Source: a phage. Taken from it: a stretch of 64,000 nucleotides of DNA. A program made the position numbers and the translations under genes. The notes below the pieces were generated by a model. The model searched no databases and was not told where the DNA came from. It saw only the letters and a program-made list of their open reading frames with translations. The DNA is taken from sequence record PX880103.1; one strand, 5' to 3'. Positions 22,305 to 33,077 of the stretch are shown here, one piece after another; positions within the stretch are counted from its first letter, which is position 1; the number at the start of each line of letters is the position of its first letter.

Positions 22305-25300
22305 ATGGCCGAGATTAAAAGAAAGTTCAGAGCAGAAGATGGTCTGGACGCAGGTGGTGATAAAATAATCAACGTAGCTTTAGCTGATCGTACCGTAGGA
22401 ACTGACGGTGTTAACGTTGATTACTTAATTCAAGAAAACACAGTTCAACAATATGATCCAACTCGTGGATATTTAAAAGATTTTGTAATCATTTATGATA
22501 ACCGTCTTTGGGCTGCTATAAATGATATTCCAAAACCAGCAGGAGCTTTTAATAGCGGACGCTGGAGAGCATTACGTACCGATGCTAACTGGATTACGGT
22601 TTCATCTGGTTCATATCAATTGAAATCCGGTGAAGCAATTTCGGTTAATACTGCAGCTGGAAATGACATCACGTTTACTTTACCGTCTTCTCCAATTGAT
22701 GGTGATACTATCGTTCTCCAAGATATTGGAGGAAAACCTGGAGTTAACCAAGTTTTAATTGTAGCTTCAGTGCAAAGTATTGTAAACTTTAGAGGTGAAC
22801 AAGTACGTTCAGTACTAATGACTCATCCAAAGTCACAGCTAGTTTTATTTTTTAGTAATCGTCTGTGGCAAATGTATGTTGCTGATTATAGTAGAGAAGC
22901 TATAGTTGTAACACCAGCGAATACCTATCAAGCACAATCCAACGATTTTATCGTACGTAGATTTACTTCCGCTGCACCAATTAATGTTAAACTTCCAAGA
23001 TTTGCTAATCATGGCGATATTATTAATTTCGTCGATTTAGATAAACTAAATCCGCTTTATCATACAATTGTTACTACATACGATGAAACGACTTCAGTAC
23101 AAGAAGTTGGAACTCATTCCATTGAAGGCCGTACAACAATTGACGGTTTCTTGATGTTTGATGATAATGAGAAATTGTGGAGATTGTTTGACGGGGATAG
23201 TAAAGCGCGTTTACGCATTATAACGACTAATTCTAATATTCGTCCAAATGAAGAAGTTATGGTATTTGGTGCGAATAACGGAACAGCTCAGACAATTGAA
23301 CTTCAGCTTCCAACTAATATTTCTGTTGGTGATACTGTTAAAATTTCCATGAATTACATGAGAAAAGGACAAACAGTTAAAATCAAAGCTGCCGGTGAAG
23401 ATAAAATTGCTTCTTCAGTTCAATTGCTGCAATTCCCAAAACGCTCAGAATATCCGCCTGAAGCTGAATGGGTTACAGTCCAAGAATTAGTTTTTAATGG
23501 TGAAACTAATTATGTTCCAGTTTTACAACTTGCTTATATAGAAGATTCTGACGGAAAATACTGGGTTGTACAGCAAAACGTTCCAACTGTAGAAAGAGTT
23601 GATTCTTTAAATGATTCTACCAGAGCAAGATTAGGCGTGATTGCTTTAGCTACACAAGCCCAAGCTAATGTCGATTTAGAAAATTCTCCACAAAAAGAAT
23701 TAGCAATTACTCCAGAAACGTTAGCTAATCGTACTGCTACAGAAACTCGCAGAGGTATTGCAAGAATAGCAACTACTGCTCAAGTGAATCAGAACACCAC
23801 ATTCTCTTTTGCTGATGATATTATCATCACTCCTAAAAAGCTGAATGAAAGAACTGCTACAGAAACTCGTAGAGGTGTCGCAGAAATTGCTACGCAACAG
23901 GAAACTAATGCAGGTACTGATGATACTACAATCATCACTCCTAAAAAGCTTCAAGCTCGTCAGGGTTCTGAATCATTATCTGGTATTGTAACTTTTGTAT
24001 CTACTGCAGGTGCTACTCCAGCTTCTAGCCGTGAATTAAATGGTACGAATGTTTATAATAAAAACACTAATAATTTAGTTGTTTCACCTAAAGCTTTAGA
24101 TCAGTATAAAGCTACTCCAACACAGCAAGGTGCAGTAATTTTAGCAGTTGAAAGTGAAGTAATTGCTGGACAAAGTCAGGAAGGATGGGCAAATGCTGTT
24201 GTAACGCCAGAAACGTTACATAAAAAGACATCAACTGATGGAAGAATTGGTTTAATTGAAATTGCTACGCAAAGTGAAGTTAATACAGGAACTGATTATA
24301 CTCGTGCAGTCACTCCTAAAACTTTAAATGGCCGTAAAGCAACTGAAAGTTTAAGTGGTATAGCTGAAATTGCTACGCAAGTTGAATTCGACGCAGGCGT
24401 CGACGATACTCGTATCTCTACACCATTAAAAATTAAAACTAGATTTAATAGTACTAATCGTACTTCTGTTGTTGCTCTATCTGGATTAGTTGAATCAGGA
24501 ACTCTCTGGGACCATTATACCCTCAATATTCTTGAAGCAAATGAGACACAACGTGGTACACTTCGTGTAGCCACGCAAGTTGAAGCTGCTGCAGGAACAT
24601 TAGATAATGTTTTAATAACTCCTAAAAAGCTTTTAGGTACTAAATCTACCGAATCGCAAGAAGGTGTTATTAAAGTTGCAACTCAGTCTGAAACTGTGAC
24701 TGGAACGTCAGCAAATACTGCTGTATCTCCAAAAAATTTAAAATGGATTGTGCAGAGTGAACCTACTTGGGCAGCTACTACTGCGATAAGAGGTTTTGTT
24801 AAAACTTCATCTGGTTCAATTACATTCGTTGGTAATGATACAGTCGGTTCTACCCAAGATTTAGAACTGTATGAGAAAAATAGCTATGCGGTATCACCAT
24901 ATGAATTAAACCGTGTATTATCAAATTATCTGCCGTTAAAAGCAAAGGCTGTAGATAGTAATTTATTGGATGGTTTAGATTCATCTCAGTTCATTCGTAG
25001 GGATATTGCACAGACGGTTAATGGTTCACTAACCTTAACCCAACAAACGAATCTGAGTGCCCCTCTTGTATCATCTAGTACTGCTACGTTTGGTGGTTCA
25101 GTTTCGGCAAATAGTACATTAACTATTTCTAATACTGGAACGGCAACTCGTTTGATTTTTGAGAAAGGACCTCAAACTGGAACTAACCCAGCACAGACGA
25201 TGACTATCAGAGTTTGGGGAAATCAGTTTGGCGGCGGTTCAGATACAACACGTTCTACTGTATTTGAAGTTGGTGATGAAACATCTAATCACTTTTATTC

Positions 25301-26174
25301 TCAACGTAATAAAGCTGGTAATATTACGTTTAGCATTAATGGTACTGTGATGCCAATAAATGTTAACGCTTCAGGCACGTTGAATGCGAATGGCGTTGCA
25401 ACATTCGGTCGTTCAGTTACAGCCAATGGTGAATTCATTAGCAAGTCTGCAAATGCTTTCAGAGCAATTAGTGGTGATTATGGATTCTTTATCAGGAATG
25501 ATGGCGGTAGCACATATTTTATGCTTACTGCATCTGGTGATCAGACTGGCGGATTTAATGGATTACGTCCTTTGGCTATTAATAATGCATCTGGCCAAGT
25601 AACGATTGGTGAAAGCTTAATCATTGCCAAAGGTGCTACTATAAATTCAGGCGGTTTGACTGTTAACTCGAGAATTCGTTCTCAGGGTACTAAAACATCT
25701 GATTTATATACCCGTGCGCCAACATCTGATACTGTAGGATTCTGGTCAATCGATATTAACGATTCAGCCACTTATAACCAGTTCCCGGGTTATTTTAAAA
25801 TGGTTGAAAAAACTAATGAAGTGACTGGGCTTCCATACTTAGAACGTGGCGAAGAAGTTAAATCTCCTGGTACATTGACTCAGTTTGGTAATACACTTGA
25901 TTCGCTTTACCAAGATTGGATTACTTATCCAACGACTCCAGAAGCACGTACCACTCGCTGGACACGTACATGGCAGAAAACCAAAAACTCTTGGTCAAGT
26001 TTTGTTCAGGTATTTGATGGAGGTAACCCTCCTCAACCATCTGATATCGGTGCTTTACCATCTGATAATGCTATAATGGGGAATCTTACTATTCGTGATT
26101 TCTTGCGAATTGGTAATGTTCGCATTGTTCCTGACCCAGTGAATAAATCTGTTAAATTTGAATGGGTTGAATAA
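22305..26174 (+). CDS. 34: gp34 long tail fibre proximal subunit
   Basis: 1289 aa = T4 gp34 length; first gene of the plus-strand LTF operon; internal ~40-aa repeats. Confidence 0.93.
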   Translation: MAEIKRKFRAEDGLDAGGDKIINVALADRTVGTDGVNVDYLIQENTVQQYDPTRGYLKDFVIIYDNRLWAAINDIPKPAGAFNSGRWRALRTDANWITVSSGSYQLKSGEAISVNTAAGNDITFTLPSSPIDGDTIVLQDIGGKPGVNQVLIVASVQSIVNFRGEQVRSVLMTHPKSQLVLFFSNRLWQMYVADYSREAIVVTPANTYQAQSNDFIVRRFTSAAPINVKLPRFANHGDIINFVDLDKLNPLYHTIVTTYDETTSVQEVGTHSIEGRTTIDGFLMFDDNEKLWRLFDGDSKARLRIITTNSNIRPNEEVMVFGANNGTAQTIELQLPTNISVGDTVKISMNYMRKGQTVKIKAAGEDKIASSVQLLQFPKRSEYPPEAEWVTVQELVFNGETNYVPVLQLAYIEDSDGKYWVVQQNVPTVERVDSLNDSTRARLGVIALATQAQANVDLENSPQKELAITPETLANRTATETRRGIARIATTAQVNQNTTFSFADDIIITPKKLNERTATETRRGVAEIATQQETNAGTDDTTIITPKKLQARQGSESLSGIVTFVSTAGATPASSRELNGTNVYNKNTNNLVVSPKALDQYKATPTQQGAVILAVESEVIAGQSQEGWANAVVTPETLHKKTSTDGRIGLIEIATQSEVNTGTDYTRAVTPKTLNGRKATESLSGIAEIATQVEFDAGVDDTRISTPLKIKTRFNSTNRTSVVALSGLVESGTLWDHYTLNILEANETQRGTLRVATQVEAAAGTLDNVLITPKKLLGTKSTESQEGVIKVATQSETVTGTSANTAVSPKNLKWIVQSEPTWAATTAIRGFVKTSSGSITFVGNDTVGSTQDLELYEKNSYAVSPYELNRVLSNYLPLKAKAVDSNLLDGLDSSQFIRRDIAQTVNGSLTLTQQTNLSAPLVSSSTATFGGSVSANSTLTISNTGTATRLIFEKGPQTGTNPAQTMTIRVWGNQFGGGSDTTRSTVFEVGDETSNHFYSQRNKAGNITFSINGTVMPINVNASGTLNANGVATFGRSVTANGEFISKSANAFRAISGDYGFFIRNDGGSTYFMLTASGDQTGGFNGLRPLAINNASGQVTIGESLIIAKGATINSGGLTVNSRIRSQGTKTSDLYTRAPTSDTVGFWSIDINDSATYNQFPGYFKMVEKTNEVTGLPYLERGEEVKSPGTLTQFGNTLDSLYQDWITYPTTPEARTTRWTRTWQKTKNSWSSFVQVFDGGNPPQPSDIGALPSDNAIMGNLTIRDFLRIGNVRIVPDPVNKSVKFEWVE
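23690..24740 (+). repeat. intragenic repeats in gp34 (ITPKKL/TPETL ... ATESxxG(I/V)xEIATQ units)
   Basis: At least five imperfect copies visible in the translation. Confidence 0.5.
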
Positions 26175-26182
26175 GAGGTATT

Positions 26183-27301
26183 ATGGAAAAATTTATGGCA
26201 GAGTTTGGACAAGGATATGTCCAAACGCCATTTTTATCGGAAAGTAATTCAGTAAGATATAAAATAAGTATAGCGGGTTCTTGCCCGCTTTCTACTGCAA
26301 AAGGACCATACGTTAAATTTCAGGATAATCCTGTCGGAAGTCAAACATTTAGCGCAGGACTTCATTTAAGAGTTTTTGATCCTTCCACCGGAGCATTAGT
26401 TGACAGTAAGTCATATGCTTTTTCGACTTCAAATGATACTACATCAGCTGCTTTTGTTAGTTTCATGAATTCTTTGACGAATAATAGACTTGTTGCTATA
26501 TTAACTAACGGAAAGGTTAATTTTCCTCCTGAAGTAGTATCTTGGCTAAGAGCTGCAGGAACGGCTGCTTTTCCATCTGATTCTATATTGTCAAGATTCG
26601 ACGTATCATATGCTGCTTTTTACACTTCTTCTAAAAGAGCTATTGCATTAGAGCATGTTAAACTAAGTAATAGAAAAAGCACAGATGATTATCAAACTAT
26701 TTTAGACGTTGTATTTGACAGTTTAGAAGATGTTGGAGCTACCGGGTTTCCAAGAAGAACGTATGAAAACGTTAAGCAATTTATGTCAGCTGTCGGTGGA
26801 ACTAATAACGAAATTGCACGTTTTCCAACTTCAGCTGCTATAAGCAAACTCTCTGATTATAATTTAGTTCCTGGTGATGTTCTTTATCTTAAAGCACAGT
26901 TATATGCTGATGCTGATTTACTTGCACTTGGAACTACAAATATATCCATCCGTTTTTATAATGCGTCGAATGGATATATTTCCTCGACACAAGCTGAGTT
27001 TACTGGACAAGCCGGGTCTTGGGAATTAAAAGAAGATTATGTAGTTGTTCCAGAAAACGCGGTGGGATTTACGATATACGCACAAAGAACTGCACAAGCT
27101 GGTCAAGGCGGAATGAGGAATTTAAGTTTTTCTGAAGTGTCAAGAAATGGTAGTATTTCGAAACCCGCTGAATTTGGCGTCAACGGTATTCGAGTTAATT
27201 ATGTCTGTGAATCCGCTTCACCTCCGGATATAATGGTACTTCCTACACAAGCATCGTCTAAAACTGGTAAAGTGTTTGGGCAAGAATTTAGAGAAGTATA
27301 A
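26183..27301 (+). CDS. 35: gp35 long tail fibre hinge connector
   Basis: 372 aa = T4 gp35 length; position. Confidence 0.9.
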   Translation: MEKFMAEFGQGYVQTPFLSESNSVRYKISIAGSCPLSTAKGPYVKFQDNPVGSQTFSAGLHLRVFDPSTGALVDSKSYAFSTSNDTTSAAFVSFMNSLTNNRLVAILTNGKVNFPPEVVSWLRAAGTAAFPSDSILSRFDVSYAAFYTSSKRAIALEHVKLSNRKSTDDYQTILDVVFDSLEDVGATGFPRRTYENVKQFMSAVGGTNNEIARFPTSAAISKLSDYNLVPGDVLYLKAQLYADADLLALGTTNISIRFYNASNGYISSTQAEFTGQAGSWELKEDYVVVPENAVGFTIYAQRTAQAGQGGMRNLSFSEVSRNGSISKPAEFGVNGIRVNYVCESASPPDIMVLPTQASSKTGKVFGQEFREV

Positions 27302-27306
27302 ATTGA

Positions 27307-27333
27307 GGGAGCCTTCGGGTTCCCTTTTTCTTT
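27307..27333 (+). terminator. rho-independent terminator after gene 35
   Basis: Hairpin gggagccttcgggttccc followed by TTTTTCTTT. Confidence 0.6.
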
Positions 27334-27340
27334 ATAAATA
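27333..27340 (+). promoter_or_regulatory. late promoter TATAAATA for gene 36
   Basis: Exact TATAAATA ~24 nt upstream of the gene 36 ATG. Confidence 0.6.
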
Positions 27341-27363
27341 CTATTAAAATAAAGGGGCATACA

Positions 27364-28029
27364 ATGGCTGATTTAAAAGTAGGTTCAACAACTGGAGGCT
27401 CTGTCATTTGGCATCAAGGAAATTTTCCATTGAATCCGGCCGGTGACGATGTACTCTATAAATCATATAAAATATATTCAGAATATAATAAACCGCAAGC
27501 AGCTGATAACGATTTCGTTTCTAAAGCTAATGGCGGTACTTATGCATCAAAAGTAACATTTAACGGCGGCGTCCAAGTCCCGTATGCTGCAAACATCATG
27601 AGCCCATGTGGTATTTATGGAGGTAACGGTGATGCAGCTACTTTTGATACAGCAAATATTGATATTGTTTCGTGGTATGGTATAGGATTTAAATCATCGT
27701 ACGGTTCAGTAGGCCGAACTGTTGTAATTAATACACGTAATGGTGATATTAATACAAAAGGTGTTGTGTCGGCAGTTGGCCAAGTAAGAAGTAATGCAGC
27801 TGCTCCTGTAGCAGTGAATGACCTTACTAGAAAGGACTACGTTGATGGAGCAATAAATACTGTTACAGCAAATGCAAACTCCAGGGTGCTACGGTCAGGT
27901 GATACCATGACAGGTAACTTAACAGCGCCAAACTTTTTCTCACAGAATCCTGCGTCTCAACCTTCACATGTTCCACGATTTGACCAAATCGTAATTAAGG
28001 ATTCTGTTCAAGATTTCGGCTATTATTAA
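27364..28029 (+). CDS. 36: gp36 long tail fibre distal connector
   Basis: 221 aa = T4 gp36 length; position. Confidence 0.9.
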   Translation: MADLKVGSTTGGSVIWHQGNFPLNPAGDDVLYKSYKIYSEYNKPQAADNDFVSKANGGTYASKVTFNGGVQVPYAANIMSPCGIYGGNGDAATFDTANIDIVSWYGIGFKSSYGSVGRTVVINTRNGDINTKGVVSAVGQVRSNAAAPVAVNDLTRKDYVDGAINTVTANANSRVLRSGDTMTGNLTAPNFFSQNPASQPSHVPRFDQIVIKDSVQDFGYY

Positions 28030-28037
28030 GAGGACTT

Positions 28038-31000
28038 ATGGCTACTTTAAAACAAATACAATTTAAAAGAAGCAAAACAGCAGGTGCACGTCCTGCTGCT
28101 TCAGTATTAGCCGAAGGTGAATTGGCTATAAACTTAAAAGATAGAACACTTTTTACTAAAAATGATACAGGTCAAATTATCGACCTTGGCTTCGCTAAAG
28201 GTGGACAAGTCGATGGTGATGTGACTATTAATGGTAAATTAACATTAAATGGTGCGTATGTTCAGACGCTGGCTGGTATTAATACCACGGGTGGTATTAA
28301 TGCTGGAGCCGCTATAAGTGCAACAACTTATTATGCTCGGTCTGGTTCTTATTATGCTCGTGCTCCAGATGCCGATACGAATACACATGTTTGGTTTGAA
28401 AATAGCAATGGTATAGAACGTGGCGTGATTTGGGCTATTCCGAACACTTCAGACCTTGGCCAGGTCAAAATTCGGGCGAAAACCACAGGTGGTGTTTTCG
28501 CCGGCGAGTACAGTTTCCGCTCTGATGGCCGATTTGATGTTCCTGTAGCAGTTAAAATCGGCGGAGCAGCGATGCTAACCAAAGACGGCAACATTACATC
28601 AGGTTCATTGTTTGGTGGTAACCTTAACAACTATTTGACTTCTATTAAAAATGACATTGTTGCTGGTGATAATAAGAAAGTAAGTAAAACCGGTGACACT
28701 ATGTCCGGTAACTTGACTATTAACGCTAACTTAAAAGTCGAAAACTCTAATGGAACGTATGTTGATTTAGGTTCAGAGAACTCTAGTAACTATAGCAGAT
28801 TAACTCTTGCTCGTAAAGTTGGAGATGGCGCTGGTGTAGCAATGCTTAAAGTTACTCCTGAAGGAAACGTGCAATTTGGTTATCAACCTACAGTTGCTAC
28901 TCCATCTCCTACCAAGTATATTCTAATTAAACCTAACGGTCTTGAAGTAGAAGGTGATTTAGTTTTTAAGCAAACTTATCGTGGTATTGAAGAAGCATTT
29001 GATATTACTGATCAGACTATTGACCTTAATAGCCTTATTATTAGAGGATCAGATTTAGGTACTCGTAAGCTGTATAAATGCAGATCATCTGGCGGTGGTT
29101 CTAATATATTGAACAAACCTACATCTGACGGCAACTTTACTCTTGAAGTTCTGTCTTTACGCAAGGTTTCTGATAGCGATTGGTCATGTAAGCAGACCTT
29201 TACTACAAAGAACAATAATGTTGTAGGCGTATATGTTCGCTACGGACAAGGCGGCTCATGGACCGCATGGCAAGAAGTTGTATCTGGTGTTCAGCCAATT
29301 AAATTAGGTGGTACTGGAGCAACTTCTGTAGCTGCTGCCCGTAATAACCTTGGTGTTGGTGAAGGCCAAACTGTAACATTCGGTAATTTAGTTACCAATG
29401 ATTTAACTGCAAACAAACAAGTTAAAATCGGCGGAGTCGGAATAGCTGATGCATTAAGAATTTGGAATGCCGAATACGGTGCTATTTTCCGTCGTTCAGA
29501 AACAGCATTACATATTATCCCGACTCCTAAAGATGCTGGTGAAAATGGTGGAATAAGTAATCTCCGCCCATTAAGTATTGCTCTTAATAATGGTATGGTA
29601 CAAATGCGCCATTCTGTTACGTTAGGCGATGACGGCAGAGGTGGCAATATGATTACCGTAGACAATGATAATAAACTTGTTGCTGTTACTAGTCATAGCC
29701 GCATTTCTCCTAATTACCGTATGCAGTTAGGTCAGGCTGCGTACATTGATGCAGAATGTACTGATGCTGTTCGCCCGGCTGGAGCTGGTTCTTTTGCTTC
29801 ACAGAATAATGAAAACGTCCGTGCTCCGTTCTATATGAATATTGATAGAGCTGATACTGGTACATATGTTCCGATTTTGAAACAACGTTATGTTCAAGGT
29901 AACGGCTGCTATTCATTAGGGACTTTAATTAATAATGGTAATTTCCGAGTTCATTACCATGGAGGCGGAGATAACGGTTCTACAGGTCCACAGACTGCTG
30001 ATTTTGGATGGGAATTTATTAAAAACGGTGATTTTATTTCACCTCGCGATTTAATAGCAGGTAAAGTCAGATTTGATAGAACTGGTAATATTACTGGAGG
30101 TTCAGGAAACTTTGCCAATTTAAATACCACGTTAAACCGTAAAGTTAATGTTGGCGGTTGGGCTGGTAGTTCTGATGGTGGATGGTACAAATTTGCTACG
30201 GTAACAATTCCTCAAGGTACTGGCACAGTAACTTTTAAAATTTCCGGTGGAGCTGGTTTTAATTTTAAAAGCTATAACCAAGCTTCTATTGCTGAGATAG
30301 TTCTTCGCACAGGTAATAATCCTAAAGGCATAAACGCTGTACTATGGAACAGGTCAGACCTGAGTTTTAATCAGATAGCTACTATGAATACATCTGGTGA
30401 TACTTATGATGTATACGTGTTCTGTGACGGTTATACAAATGCATTAGTGGTTGAATATTCTTGTAGTGAAAACTCTTCGGTAACCGTAGTCGGTCTTAAC
30501 GGAGGCATTCAGCCAGTTGTTGATGCATTGCCTGAGGGACATGTTGTAGGTAAAACAGTTCGTCTGTTAAATAATATTGGCGGAACTTTCGCAGCTGGCG
30601 AATCTGACGTTGTTACTCGTGGTGAATACGTTGCTGATAATCAAAAAGGCATGCGTATTAAATCTAACGGTAATAATATCGGTTCTAATGCTGCTATACT
30701 TCGAAATGACGGCGGAAGTTTTTATATTTTAGCTACAGATAAAAATACAGCAGAAAAAGCCGATGCGGCTAATGGTGATTGGAACTCATTGCGTCCTTTT
30801 ACAATAAGCATGACTACCGGTGAAGTATCAATGAATAACGGCATAACTGTTCGTAACTATGCCACATTCTATAATGATATTGTTCTCAAAGATAATGGTT
30901 ATATTCACTTTAATAAGTCTGGCGCTAATCCAAGAAGCATGAGTATATTCCATGCCGGAGATGCCACACGTGGTAACCGTATTGAAATTGCTGATGATTC

Positions 31001-31580
31001 AAGTTATTTGGTTTATTTCCAACGTTTACCGGGCGGCGCTAACCAGTGTACATTTAACTCTGCTGCTCTTTCGGGTATAACACAGACTAACTCTTTTGGT
31101 GTCAATACATCAAACGCACTTGGTGGAAATAGTATAACGTTTGGTGATAATGACACCGGTATTAAGCAAAATGGCGATGGATTATTAGACATATATGCGA
31201 ACAGCGCGCAAGTGTTCCGTTTCCAAAATGGTGATTTGTACTCATACAAAAATATAAATGCTCCAAACGTTTATATTCGTTCTGATATTCGTTTAAAATC
31301 CAACTTCAAACCTATCGAAAATGCACTTGATAAAGTTGAAAAACTTAACGGTGTCATTTACGATAAAGCTGAATACATCGGTGGAGAGGCAATTGAAACT
31401 GAAGCGGGTATTGTGGCTCAAACGTTACAAGACGTTTTACCAGAAGCTGTCCGTGAAACAGAAGACAGCAAGGGTAATAAAATACTCACTGTTTCTTCTC
31501 AAGCCCAGATTGCTCTTCTGGTTGAAGCTGTGAAAACACTTTCTTCTCGCGTAAAAGAACTCGAATCTAAACTTATGTAA
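28038..31580 (+). CDS. 37: gp37 long tail fibre distal subunit with C-terminal intramolecular-chaperone-like domain
   Basis: 1180 aa; conserved N-terminus MATLKQIQFKRSKTAGARP; C-terminal ~110 aa (SDIRLKSNF...coiled coil) resembles auto-processing chaperone domains of T2/S16-type fibres. Confidence 0.92.
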   Translation: MATLKQIQFKRSKTAGARPAASVLAEGELAINLKDRTLFTKNDTGQIIDLGFAKGGQVDGDVTINGKLTLNGAYVQTLAGINTTGGINAGAAISATTYYARSGSYYARAPDADTNTHVWFENSNGIERGVIWAIPNTSDLGQVKIRAKTTGGVFAGEYSFRSDGRFDVPVAVKIGGAAMLTKDGNITSGSLFGGNLNNYLTSIKNDIVAGDNKKVSKTGDTMSGNLTINANLKVENSNGTYVDLGSENSSNYSRLTLARKVGDGAGVAMLKVTPEGNVQFGYQPTVATPSPTKYILIKPNGLEVEGDLVFKQTYRGIEEAFDITDQTIDLNSLIIRGSDLGTRKLYKCRSSGGGSNILNKPTSDGNFTLEVLSLRKVSDSDWSCKQTFTTKNNNVVGVYVRYGQGGSWTAWQEVVSGVQPIKLGGTGATSVAAARNNLGVGEGQTVTFGNLVTNDLTANKQVKIGGVGIADALRIWNAEYGAIFRRSETALHIIPTPKDAGENGGISNLRPLSIALNNGMVQMRHSVTLGDDGRGGNMITVDNDNKLVAVTSHSRISPNYRMQLGQAAYIDAECTDAVRPAGAGSFASQNNENVRAPFYMNIDRADTGTYVPILKQRYVQGNGCYSLGTLINNGNFRVHYHGGGDNGSTGPQTADFGWEFIKNGDFISPRDLIAGKVRFDRTGNITGGSGNFANLNTTLNRKVNVGGWAGSSDGGWYKFATVTIPQGTGTVTFKISGGAGFNFKSYNQASIAEIVLRTGNNPKGINAVLWNRSDLSFNQIATMNTSGDTYDVYVFCDGYTNALVVEYSCSENSSVTVVGLNGGIQPVVDALPEGHVVGKTVRLLNNIGGTFAAGESDVVTRGEYVADNQKGMRIKSNGNNIGSNAAILRNDGGSFYILATDKNTAEKADAANGDWNSLRPFTISMTTGEVSMNNGITVRNYATFYNDIVLKDNGYIHFNKSGANPRSMSIFHAGDATRGNRIEIADDSSYLVYFQRLPGGANQCTFNSAALSGITQTNSFGVNTSNALGGNSITFGDNDTGIKQNGDGLLDIYANSAQVFRFQNGDLYSYKNINAPNVYIRSDIRLKSNFKPIENALDKVEKLNGVIYDKAEYIGGEAIETEAGIVAQTLQDVLPEAVRETEDSKGNKILTVSSQAQIALLVEAVKTLSSRVKELESKLM

Positions 31581-31581
31581 A

Positions 31582-31605
31582 AGAGGGCTTCGGCCCTCTA
31601 AGGAT
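31582..31605 (+). terminator. hairpin (agagggcttcggccctct) after gene 37; weak terminator or RNA stability element
   Basis: GC-rich stem with TTCG loop followed by a T-poor tail. Confidence 0.4.
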
Positions 31606-31610
31606 TTTTA

Positions 31611-32390
31611 ATGGCAATTGTAGGTGTTCCTGGCTGGATTGGTGAATCTGCCGTGAATGAAACTGGACAACGTTGGATGGATGCTGCGATGAGAGCAGTT
31701 CGTGTTTCAGTTCCTGGTTGGATGAGCTCAATGGCTGGACAATCTAAAGAAATTATTCACACGCTTGGAGCAGACCATAACTTCAATGGTCAATGGTTCC
31801 GAGATAGGTGTTTTGAGGCAGGTAGTACACCTATAGTGTTTAATATTACAGGTGATTTAGTATCATATTCTAAAGATGTTCCTTTATTTTTCATGTATGG
31901 AGATACACCGAATGAATATGTTCAGTTGAATATACACGGCGTAACGATGTATGGACGTGGCGGTAATGGCGGTAGCAATAGTCCTGGCTCAGCTGGAGGT
32001 CATTGTATTCAAAACGATATTGGTGGGAGACTAAGAATTAATAATGGTGGAGCTATTGCAGGCGGCGGTGGCGGCGGTGGCGGCGGTAACAGGGGTAGAC
32101 TATCATTTGGTGGTGGCGGTGGTCGCCCATTCGGTGCTGGCGGGTCTTCCTCTCATATGAGTTCCGGTGCAACTGCTGGCACCATTTCCGCTCCGGGTAA
32201 AGGATCTGTTGGTGAGGGGTCTCTTAGTGCATATACAGGCGGTGCTGGCGGTAACGTTGGTGCTGCTGGAGGAAGATGTAATACTCAAGGTACCGGTACA
32301 GAATATAACGGAGGAGCTGCTGGTTATGCCGTCATAGGGTCCGCTCCAACGTGGATAAATGTTGGAGCAATATATGGTCCAAGAGTATAA
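31611..32390 (+). CDS. 38: gp38 receptor-binding adhesin (T2/S16 type, glycine-rich motifs)
   Basis: 259 aa; conserved N-terminus then poly-Gly blocks ([23 protein letters not shown]) separated by variable segments. Confidence 0.85.
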   Translation: MAIVGVPGWIGESAVNETGQRWMDAAMRAVRVSVPGWMSSMAGQSKEIIHTLGADHNFNGQWFRDRCFEAGSTPIVFNITGDLVSYSKDVPLFFMYGDTPNEYVQLNIHGVTMYGRGGNGGSNSPGSAGGHCIQNDIGGRLRINNGGAIAGGGGGGGGGNRGRLSFGGGGGRPFGAGGSSSHMSSGATAGTISAPGKGSVGEGSLSAYTGGAGGNVGAAGGRCNTQGTGTEYNGGAAGYAVIGSAPTWINVGAIYGPRV

Positions 32391-32420
32391 TTTGAATAAA
32401 TATCCTTAAAAGGAGGGTCT

Positions 32421-33077
32421 ATGGCAGCACCTAGAATATCATTTTCGCCCTCTGATATTCTGTTTGGTGTTCTAGATCGCTTGTTCAAAGATAACGCTAC
32501 CGGGAAAGTTCTTGCTTCCCGGGTAGCTGTCGTAATTCTTTTGTTTATAATGGCGATTGTTTGGTATAGGGGAGATAGTTTCTTTGAGTACTATAAGCAA
32601 TCAAAGTATGAAACATACAGTGAAATTATTGAAAAGGAAAGAACTGCACGCTTTGAATCTGTCGCCCTGGAACAACTCCAGATAGTTCATATATCATCTG
32701 AGGCAGACTTTAGTGCGGTGTATTCTTTCCGCCCTAAAAACTTAAACTATTTTGTTGATATTATAGCATACGAAGGAAAATTACCTTCAACAATAAGTGA
32801 AAAATCACTTGGAGGATATCCTGTTGATAAAACTATGGATGAATATACAGTTCATTTAAATGGACGTCATTATTATTCCAACTCAAAATTTGCTTTTTTA
32901 CCAACTAAAAAGCCTACTCCCGAAATAAACTACATGTACAGTTGTCCATATTTTAATTTGGATAATATCTATGCTGGAACGATAACCATGTACTGGTATA
33001 GAAATGATCATATAAGTAATGACCGCCTTGAATCAATATGTGCTCAGGCGGCCAGAATATTAGGAAGGGCTAAATAA
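32421..33077 (+). CDS. t: holin T
   Basis: 218 aa = T4 T length; single N-proximal TM segment and large periplasmic domain; position after gene 38. Confidence 0.9.
   Translation: MAAPRISFSPSDILFGVLDRLFKDNATGKVLASRVAVVILLFIMAIVWYRGDSFFEYYKQSKYETYSEIIEKERTARFESVALEQLQIVHISSEADFSAVYSFRPKNLNYFVDIIAYEGKLPSTISEKSLGGYPVDKTMDEYTVHLNGRHYYSNSKFAFLPTKKPTPEINYMYSCPYFNLDNIYAGTITMYWYRNDHISNDRLESICAQAARILGRAK

Noticed and set aside
23721-23954. Minus-strand 77-aa ORF inside gene 34
   Set aside because: Antisense to the tail-fibre gene within its repeat region; Cys/Ser-rich low-complexity translation is typical of an antisense artefact
32040-32110. ggcggcggtggcggcggtggcggcggt tract in gene 38 as a possible slipped-strand phase-variation repeat
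   Set aside because: It encodes the glycine-rich motif characteristic of gp38 adhesins, and the codon repeat is imperfect and in frame; more likely structural than a contingency locus
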